From contig JBGAVT010000004.1 of assembly GCA_044227985.1 (NCBI GenBank), positions 1 through 61,868 of the forward strand: a stretch of DNA of 61,868 nt, written 5' to 3'. Positions 54,052 to 61,218 of this stretch are shown piece after piece (position 1 is the first letter of the stretch; each line of letters opens with the position of its first letter). The stretch is from Candidatus Saccharimonadales bacterium (GTDB taxonomy: Bacteria > Patescibacteriota > Saccharimonadia > Saccharimonadales > JAGPDM01). Below the pieces are notes generated by a model. It did no database searches. It was not told the origin of the DNA and saw only the letters and a list, made by a program, of their open reading frames with translations. Both the position numbers and the translations under genes were made by a program.

Positions 54052-55665
54052 ATGTACAAAGATGGACCAGAATTCGGTGGAGGGTCAGACCCAGCGATGG
54101 GTGAACTCGACCCTTCAGTAGTAACTTTAGTTGGCGATCAACAGCCAGATGCTCAAGAAGCCTCACCAGAGACAGGTGATCAAATACCTGCATACACGGC
54201 AGCCGAGCAACTTTCTTCGCCAGAAGACGGTGAACAATCAAGAGATCGCGCTTCAGCTAGATTGTTAGGTCGCGTAGCTAATATAGCTGGAAGATTAGCT
54301 GAAGGAATTAACAACCGACGAACACTATCGGAAGTTGCTTCTGATACTAAAGAAGCTTTTGGAGCTCGCGTTAACGGCGCAAGTGATCGAATAAAATCAA
54401 TTGCACAAACTAGTTTAGATGTAACTAAAGATATTGCTATAGGCGTCGGCGTTGAGGCGGTTTATTTAGTGACAGAGCCAGTAAAAGTTCTTGGAAAATC
54501 TGTAATAAGAGCCGGTATAGGAGTAGGAAGACAAGCAGCTAAAGCTGCAGATTCAATGTACTCAGGTCTCGATAAAATGGGCAGTTCTATTGATGCAAAA
54601 ATGTTTGCGACCGAAGAAGCTATGAAGAATGGTGTTGAATCAACTCGGACCTTTTTCAAAGACAAAGCCGAAGCAGCTAAGACTCGCAAGGAAGAACGCT
54701 CAGATCGCGTAGCGCTCAAGCGCATAGCTCGCGGTGAAAAGATCAGTGAAAATATCGCCGCTCTGAAATATCAAGTAAATGAAACGATTAGTGCTAGACA
54801 AGACGCTCGTACAGAAAAAGCCGAAGCATCAGCAGCGAAATGGCGAGCTAGGGGTGAAAAAGTTGGTGCTGCAAGAGACCAAATCAAGACTAACTTTGAA
54901 GATGGGAAGGCAGAACGCGCAGCAAACCAAGAATTACTTGAAGCCCATCGAGTTAAGCGAAGAGCCGAAGCCGACGGTTTACGGGATGCTCGATTGAAAG
55001 TCGCTGAAAAAGCGACCGAAGAACGCTCAGATCGTATCGCAAACAAACGCTATGCTCGAAAAGATAAGATCGATGCAATCAAAGATAGTGTAGCAGGCAA
55101 GCTCGATGAACGACGAAATGCTCGTACTGAAGCACAGGCAGAACGCGCTGCCAACCAAGCAGAATCAGAAGCAAATCGAACTGCACGAAGAGCCGAAGCC
55201 GACGGTTTACGGGATGCTCGATTGAAAGTCGCTGAAAAAGCGACCGAAGAACACTCAGATCGTATCGCGCTCAAGCGCATAGCTCGCGGTGAAAAGATCA
55301 GTGAAAATATAGCCGCTCTGAAATACCAAGTAAATGAAACGATTAGTGCTAGACAAGACGCTCGTACAGAATCAGACAGAGAGCAGGATTTGAGAAAAGC
55401 AGGTTTGCAAGTTTCGGAGACAGATCAACAGCAAGAAGCTAGCGATGGTCAAAGCGAACAAACCGAGTCTGTTGTCCCAGAAGGTGATGTGGCGAGCCTA
55501 GCTAACCAATCTGTCGGAGAAGTTCAAGAAGAGACGCCAATTGGAAGACAAACGCGTGAAGCGCTTAAGGCTCGAGCTGAAGCAGCACGTAGGTCACGAG
55601 AAGCTAGTGCTGAAGGTGGTACTACTACAACAGAAGCACCTGAAGAATTAGCTCTAGCTGCATAG
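54052..55665 (+). CDS. charged helical-repeat hypothetical protein, orphan-locus gene 5
   Basis: 537 aa after SD AAGGA. Acidic head, one amphipathic/hydrophobic stretch (IAIGVGVEAVYLV), then long K/R/E/A-rich repeats with duplicated blocks. Confidence 0.65.
   Translation: MYKDGPEFGGGSDPAMGELDPSVVTLVGDQQPDAQEASPETGDQIPAYTAAEQLSSPEDGEQSRDRASARLLGRVANIAGRLAEGINNRRTLSEVASDTKEAFGARVNGASDRIKSIAQTSLDVTKDIAIGVGVEAVYLVTEPVKVLGKSVIRAGIGVGRQAAKAADSMYSGLDKMGSSIDAKMFATEEAMKNGVESTRTFFKDKAEAAKTRKEERSDRVALKRIARGEKISENIAALKYQVNETISARQDARTEKAEASAAKWRARGEKVGAARDQIKTNFEDGKAERAANQELLEAHRVKRRAEADGLRDARLKVAEKATEERSDRIANKRYARKDKIDAIKDSVAGKLDERRNARTEAQAERAANQAESEANRTARRAEADGLRDARLKVAEKATEEHSDRIALKRIARGEKISENIAALKYQVNETISARQDARTESDREQDLRKAGLQVSETDQQQEASDGQSEQTESVVPEGDVASLANQSVGEVQEETPIGRQTREALKARAEAARRSREASAEGGTTTTEAPEELALAA
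54691..55371 (+). repeat. intragenic dispersed direct repeats
   Basis: 54691-54816 versus 55246-55371 (126 nt, 6 mismatches by hand alignment). 54958-55040 versus 55186-55268 (83 nt, 1 mismatch). Confidence 0.85.
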
Positions 55666-55695
55666 TAAATACAAAAACATAAAAGGAGAAAAGAA

Positions 55696-56025
55696 ATGAT
55701 AGAAATTAATGAAAAACTACTAAAGTCACTAGGTATTGAATTAAATGGAGATGAGACAGCAGAAATGCTGAAACACATCACCGATACGCTGAATGAGAGA
55801 GTTGGTCTTGAGATTGCAGAAGAATTAACAGATGAAGAACTAGCTGAGCTGATGGCTATAGAATCTGACGAGGATAAGGCAGCTTGGTTGCAAGAAAACC
55901 TACCTGAATACATCGACATCATCGAAGATGAAGCTGATATATTACTTGGTGAGTTGGCGGAGGGTTCAATAGAATTAGCTGAAACAAGCCAAGAAGAATC
56001 TGACGTTGAAGAAGATCATAACTAA
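55696..56025 (+). CDS. small acidic protein (109 aa), orphan-locus gene 6, paralog of 53568-53915
   Basis: SD AAGGAG. Very acidic C-terminus. Confidence 0.6.
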   Translation: MIEINEKLLKSLGIELNGDETAEMLKHITDTLNERVGLEIAEELTDEELAELMAIESDEDKAAWLQENLPEYIDIIEDEADILLGELAEGSIELAETSQEESDVEEDHN

Positions 56026-56034
56026 TAGATAGTG

Positions 56035-57498
56035 CTAGACGACGCTAATGTCGACTGAAGGTCGAAGCTTTGAAGCAGTCTTCATAGCAGCATGAACATC
56101 ATGGTTTTCGAATCGTTCGAATGGAGAATTATCTTCGTCACGAACACCATCGAGAACCGTGATGGCTTGCTGTTCTAGGCGGTAATCAAATTGTGGAGCC
56201 CACTTACGGCTACCGAGCTTGGCAGTCATTGAACAATTATCAACCATATAGGCAACACCTTGGGCGTGCATATATGGATTGAGAGAATCAACGGCTTCGA
56301 TGATAGATTCGTTAACAACCTCACTCCATTCATGGCCTTTGCTCTTGAGTAGATCAACTTGAGCAACCATACAAGCAAGGTAGAACCCTGCTGTGGTCGG
56401 ATCAACGGCTTGATTCTCATCACGATTTTTACGCACGTGTTCGCCGACACGCCAGACTTCAGTGTTACTGATGTTGCTGAGTGGAAATTTCTCAAGTCGC
56501 TTAACAGTATCGATGACACTGCCAAATTCGCGGCCACTGTGAACTTCGGTGTAGATCTCATCGAGAATTGCAGCAAATGGTTCATAAGAAGCATTATACG
56601 CACGACGAAGTTCGGTTTGTTGATCATCATTTAGATCATCATAAACAGCTTTTAGCCCATCGTGAGAAATTGTTTGGCTGAGCGGTCCGGTGATAACTTC
56701 TGCAGTGTCACGAAAAGCCTGTTCGGCAGATCGACCCTCGCGAACAAAATAACGGTTCAAAACTTCGATCATGGCATGAACACCACCAAGTAAAATTCCT
56801 CGTTCACCAAAGATATCAGAGCGATACTCCATCTCTAGTGTAGTCTGGAAGACAAATGGTGCACCCAAGCCCACTGCCCATGCGAGCGCAACTTCGTTAG
56901 AGTTTCCAGAGATATCTTGTTCAACCGCGAAACTACAGTTAATTCCAGCACCTTCAGTTTCTTTGCCTTGTTCATATAGGCGTCGAACTGACGGTCCCAT
57001 TCCCTTTGGACATACACCGATGATGTTAATGTCATCACGAATTGATTGACCGATGCTTTTTACGTAGCCGAGAAGGAAACCGTGGCTCAAACCAAGTGTG
57101 CTGCCAGGTTTCATAGCTTCGGTAATTTTCTGCCAGTTTTCTGCCTGTGCAGCATCAGAAATTAGCAGGATAGTCATGTCAGATTTTGAAATCATGTCAT
57201 ACATTTCACCAAGCGTTTCATTATCACGACTAAACCCAGCAGTTTCTGCCTTGGCAAAACTGCTCGAACCTTCACGTAGACCAACACCAACGGTGATATC
57301 AGTTCCATCGAGTGAGTCACGTAAATTTTGAGCTTGAGCAGGGCCTTGTGAACTCCAACCAATGACAGAAATTTTCTTGATATCGCCAAAACCTTGAGCT
57401 AGTTTATCGAATAGATTACGCCCACCGCGGACGATAGTTTCCTGTTCGCCAGCAAAGTCGACAGTTTCAGTAGTAAAAACATTTGATGTAAAGGCCAT
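56035..57498 (-). CDS. ilvC: ketol-acid reductoisomerase, class II (long form)
   Basis: ATG 57498 (MAFTSNV...) follows SD AAGGAGG, giving 487 aa. Has GWSSQGPAQAQNLRDS, CPKGMGPSVRRLY, SDIFGERGILLG and LGSRKWAPQFDY. Confidence 0.9.
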   Translation of the reverse strand: MAFTSNVFTTETVDFAGEQETIVRGGRNLFDKLAQGFGDIKKISVIGWSSQGPAQAQNLRDSLDGTDITVGVGLREGSSSFAKAETAGFSRDNETLGEMYDMISKSDMTILLISDAAQAENWQKITEAMKPGSTLGLSHGFLLGYVKSIGQSIRDDINIIGVCPKGMGPSVRRLYEQGKETEGAGINCSFAVEQDISGNSNEVALAWAVGLGAPFVFQTTLEMEYRSDIFGERGILLGGVHAMIEVLNRYFVREGRSAEQAFRDTAEVITGPLSQTISHDGLKAVYDDLNDDQQTELRRAYNASYEPFAAILDEIYTEVHSGREFGSVIDTVKRLEKFPLSNISNTEVWRVGEHVRKNRDENQAVDPTTAGFYLACMVAQVDLLKSKGHEWSEVVNESIIEAVDSLNPYMHAQGVAYMVDNCSMTAKLGSRKWAPQFDYRLEQQAITVLDGVRDEDNSPFERFENHDVHAAMKTASKLRPSVDISVV

Positions 57499-57559
57499 CA
57501 AAACCTCCTTCTTTTTCAGTATTTTTAAGTATACGCTACTAGAGGTAAACATCAAAATT

Positions 57560-57568
57560 TGCTATAAT
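57560..57568 (+). promoter_or_regulatory. extended -10 (TGcTATAAT) of putative leaderless promoter for msrB
   Basis: TGCTATAAT, then 6 nt (aattgc), then ATG 57575. No SD. Confidence 0.45.
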
Positions 57569-57574
57569 AATTGC

Positions 57575-57949
57575 ATGAACCAAATAAACAAAAATCTCAC
57601 CAGTGAACAAAAAAAAGTTTTGTTTGAGAAGGCAACTGAAGCACCATTTTCTGGAAGCTTGCTTGATAAAAAAGATGATGGAACTTTTGTCTGCGCTAAT
57701 TGTAATCAAGCATTATTCAGTAGTACAACAAAGTTCGACAGTGATTGTGGTTGGCCGAGTTTCGATCAAGCCATCGAAGGTAGTGTCGAGTATAATTCCG
57801 ATAATTCTCATTTTATGAAGCGTGTTGAAGTTGTTTGTAGTAATTGCGGTGGTCACCTTGGGCATGTATTTGACGACGGTCCGAAAGAAACAACTGGCAA
57901 GCGATTTTGTATCAACTCACTTAGTCTTGATTTTACTGATAAAAAATAG
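57575..57949 (+). CDS. msrB: peptide-methionine (R)-S-oxide reductase
   Basis: 124 aa. Two CxxC zinc pairs (CANC, CSNC), GWPSF, GHLGHVFDDGP and RFCINS. Confidence 0.9.
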   Translation: MNQINKNLTSEQKKVLFEKATEAPFSGSLLDKKDDGTFVCANCNQALFSSTTKFDSDCGWPSFDQAIEGSVEYNSDNSHFMKRVEVVCSNCGGHLGHVFDDGPKETTGKRFCINSLSLDFTDKK

Positions 57950-58011
57950 TTCATATCATCTGTAGGATAGTGCTACACTAGTTGCTAGACGCTAAACAAG
58001 GATTACGAAAA

Positions 58012-58953
58012 ATGGATTCCAAAAAGATAATGTTATTTTCGGGAAACTCCAACCTATCACTAGCAAAAGAAATCACAGAAAATCTTGGTATAGAATTAGG
58101 CAACGCTCAGATTGATAGTTTTAGCGATGGTGAAACAAGAGTTAAGATTAATCAACCAGTTCGTGGCGATGACGTTTTTATTTTGCAGAGTACCAGCTTT
58201 CCACCTAATCAGAATTATATGGAGTTATTTATTACGCTCGATGCGTTACGTCGTGCATCAGCTGGACGGATCACAGTTGTTCTTCCGTATTTTGGTTACG
58301 CCCGCCAAGATCGTAAAGACCGTCCGAGAGTGCCGATTACCGCTAAATTAATTGCTAATCTTCTGACAGCCGCCGGTGCTGATCGTGTAGTCACTGTTGA
58401 TTTACATGCTCACCAAATACAGGGTTTTTTCGATATTCCGCTTGATCATATTTACGCTGTTAATCTTTTTGTTGAGCGACTCAAGCAGGTTACTGATAAT
58501 CCGGTTGTTATCAGTCCAGATGCTGGTGCCGTTAAAATGGCACTCGGTTTCGCGAAACGATTAAATTGTGAAATTGGTATCGTCGATAAGCGTCGTATGA
58601 GTGATCGGGAGACACTTGCAGCCTATGTGCTCGGAGACATCGAAGGAAAAGATGCAATTTTGACTGATGATATTGTCGCCACAGCTGGCTCATTAGTCTC
58701 TGCTGCTGAAGCTTTAAAAAAAGCAGGCGCCAAGCGAGTATTCGCGGTTGCTACCCATGGTGTTTTATCCGGGCCAGCGCTTCAGCGACTCGAAACCAGT
58801 GGAATTGAAACTTTATTTACAACCAACACCATTGAGCAGCCACCAGAGAAAATAAATCATCCAAAAATTGAGGTTCTCAGTATAGCTAATCTGCTTTCTG
58901 AGGCAATCCGTCGTATTCATAATGCTGATTCTATCAGCAGCTTATTTGACTAG
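58012..58953 (+). CDS. prs: ribose-phosphate pyrophosphokinase
   Basis: ATG 58012 (MDSKKIMLFSG...) follows AAGGA. Has YFGYARQDRK and the PRPP loop DDIVATAGS. Confidence 0.9.
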   Translation: MDSKKIMLFSGNSNLSLAKEITENLGIELGNAQIDSFSDGETRVKINQPVRGDDVFILQSTSFPPNQNYMELFITLDALRRASAGRITVVLPYFGYARQDRKDRPRVPITAKLIANLLTAAGADRVVTVDLHAHQIQGFFDIPLDHIYAVNLFVERLKQVTDNPVVISPDAGAVKMALGFAKRLNCEIGIVDKRRMSDRETLAAYVLGDIEGKDAILTDDIVATAGSLVSAAEALKKAGAKRVFAVATHGVLSGPALQRLETSGIETLFTTNTIEQPPEKINHPKIEVLSIANLLSEAIRRIHNADSISSLFD

Positions 58954-58993
58954 TATGCTTTGTACAAAGTGTCTATCTTCTTACTGCTAATCT

Positions 58994-59002
58994 TGCTATA
59001 AT
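58994..59002 (+). promoter_or_regulatory. extended -10 (TGcTATAAT) upstream of purF (SD-led transcript)
   Basis: TGCTATAAT ends 25 nt upstream of ATG 59028. SD AAGGAG lies between them. Confidence 0.4.
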
Positions 59003-59027
59003 TATCTACCTATAAGGAGAGCAGCAC

Positions 59028-60533
59028 ATGTGTGCAATTGTCGGTATCATCGATTCCTCACCCGTCAACCAGACGCTGTACGACGCCATGATAATGCTCC
59101 AACACCGCGGACAAGATGCAGCTGGGATCATGACAAGCGACCCTGATGCAACGATTCATAGCTACAAGAATAATGGCTTAGTCCAAGACATCTTTAAAGC
59201 TAAGCAAATGCAGGACCTTACTGGAATGATTGGTATTGGGCATTGTCGCTACCCAACAGCTGGATGTGACTCAGCCTCAGAAGCTCAGCCATTTTTTGTT
59301 AGCAGTCCTTTCGGTATTGGCTTGGCACATAACGGCAACATAACTAATGCAGTTCAGCTTAAGAAAGAGCTGTTCGAGAAGAAGCACCGTCATGTTAGTA
59401 CAACCTCTGATTCTGAAGTTTTGCTGAATGTTTTGGCTGATAATCTTGAAGTAGTTGACTCGGTAAAGATGACGCCAGATGATTTATTCAATGCTGTCGC
59501 CCGATTGCACGATATTGTCCGAGGTGCTTATGCATTTGTGGCTATGATTGCTGGTTATGGAGTGCTCGGTGTGCGTGACCCATATGGCATTCGCCCGCTC
59601 GTGATTGGTCAAAGAGAAACTCCTGATAAAACTGATTATATGATTGCATCCGAATCGGTAGCACTAGAGGCTTTAGGCTTTAAATTTATGCGTGATGTTG
59701 AACCAGGTGAGGCGGTATTTATTGATAAGTATGGTGATTTTAGCGCCAAGCAATGTGCTAAAAATCCTCGTCTCGTACCGTGCGCATTTGAATATGTTTA
59801 CTTTGCTAGACCTGATTCAGTCATGAATGGTATTTCTGTTTATGATTCCCGCGTTTTGATGGGCAACAAGCTGGCTGAGAATATCAAGAAAAATTATCAA
59901 GACATTCTCAAGCAGATCGATGTGGTCATGCCAGTTCCCGACAGTGGTAGAACTGCTGCCTTACAATTATCAAAAAACCTCAATCTTGAGTATAGTGGTG
60001 GCCTGGTTAAGAACCGTTACATTGGTCGAACGTTTATTATGAGCAGTCAAGCAGAACGCCGTAACTCTGTTCGAAAGAAATTGAACACGATTAATTCTCA
60101 GTTTAAAGGTAGAAATGTTCTTTTGGTTGATGACTCACTCGTACGAGGTAATACATCAAAGAAGTTGATTGAAATGGCGCGGGCTGCTGGTGCGAATAAA
60201 GTATTTTTCGCTACTGCTGCACCACCAATTATTTCACCGAACGTGTATGGTATCGATATGCCAACACGAGATGAGATGGTAGCGCATAATCGTACTGAAA
60301 AACAGGTAGCTGAGCACATTGGTGCAGATGCCATGATTTATCAAAAGGTTGATGATCTACGCGATAGCATTATCGATTTAAACCCAAAAATTAAACAACT
60401 AGACATGTCGTGTTTCACCGGTGAGTATGTGACAGGTGATATCGATGATACTTATCTTGAGCACCTTAACCAAATTCGTATTGAGTTGGCAGCCAGAAAG
60501 AAACTGAGTGAAAAACTAATAGTAAATGGATAG
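59028..60533 (+). CDS. purF: amidophosphoribosyltransferase
   Basis: 501 aa. MCAIVGI gives the N-terminal nucleophile Cys, HRGQDAAG is present, and the PRTase loop is VDDSLVRGNTS. Confidence 0.95.
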   Translation: MCAIVGIIDSSPVNQTLYDAMIMLQHRGQDAAGIMTSDPDATIHSYKNNGLVQDIFKAKQMQDLTGMIGIGHCRYPTAGCDSASEAQPFFVSSPFGIGLAHNGNITNAVQLKKELFEKKHRHVSTTSDSEVLLNVLADNLEVVDSVKMTPDDLFNAVARLHDIVRGAYAFVAMIAGYGVLGVRDPYGIRPLVIGQRETPDKTDYMIASESVALEALGFKFMRDVEPGEAVFIDKYGDFSAKQCAKNPRLVPCAFEYVYFARPDSVMNGISVYDSRVLMGNKLAENIKKNYQDILKQIDVVMPVPDSGRTAALQLSKNLNLEYSGGLVKNRYIGRTFIMSSQAERRNSVRKKLNTINSQFKGRNVLLVDDSLVRGNTSKKLIEMARAAGANKVFFATAAPPIISPNVYGIDMPTRDEMVAHNRTEKQVAEHIGADAMIYQKVDDLRDSIIDLNPKIKQLDMSCFTGEYVTGDIDDTYLEHLNQIRIELAARKKLSEKLIVNG

Positions 60534-61218
60534 TCAGAAAACAACAAACCAACGTCTTTCATTTCGAGAGAGAACATTAGATGACAAAATTCAAATCGTC
60601 ATTATCTGGATACTACGAGTCATCGCATTAATAGTCAGCATCTTCAGCCTAGTTAGTCATGGTAATATCGAGCTAATTCTAATCTGTATAATTGGGCTAC
60701 TACTGCTATTTTTGCCTGATATAATTGAATATCGCTACAGCGTAAGTCTACCGATGGAATACAGTTTTCTAATTGTTGCTTTTATGTTTAGCTCGATATT
60801 TCTTGGTGAGCTAGGTGATTACTACGAAAAATTTTGGTGGTGGGACGATGTACTACACTTAAGTGCCGGTGTCATGACGGGCTTTGCCGGCTTCTTGCTC
60901 CTGTATACGTTGGTAGTGTCTAAGCGCCTACAAGCTAACTTATTTATTGTTAGTTTTCTGGCGTTTGGTATTGCTGCATTATTCGGTGTTCTATGGGAAA
61001 TAGTAGAGTTCAGTTTTGATCATACAATTGGCACGAATATGCAAAATGGCAGTTTGTCGGATACGATGTTTGATTTGATTATTGATCTTGTAGGAGCTTC
61101 GATTAGTATTACAGCTGGCTATTTTTTCATGAGGAGTCAAAGACACACTGGACTATTTTCACAATTTATTAATAATTTTATACAGTCAAATCCACACTTA
61201 AAAAGCAGAAAGAATTAA
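60526..61218 (+). CDS. multi-pass membrane protein, hypothetical
   Basis: 230 aa with about 6 hydrophobic spans. Overlaps purF by 8 nt. Confidence 0.5.
   Translation: MDSQKTTNQRLSFRERTLDDKIQIVIIWILRVIALIVSIFSLVSHGNIELILICIIGLLLLFLPDIIEYRYSVSLPMEYSFLIVAFMFSSIFLGELGDYYEKFWWWDDVLHLSAGVMTGFAGFLLLYTLVVSKRLQANLFIVSFLAFGIAALFGVLWEIVEFSFDHTIGTNMQNGSLSDTMFDLIIDLVGASISITAGYFFMRSQRHTGLFSQFINNFIQSNPHLKSRKN

Noticed and set aside
54462-55922. Four minus-strand ORFs (87, 91, 76 and 132 aa) across the repeat protein and the small acidic gene
   Set aside because: They are mirror frames of the GAA/GCN-rich sense sequence. They repeat only because the sense repeats do.
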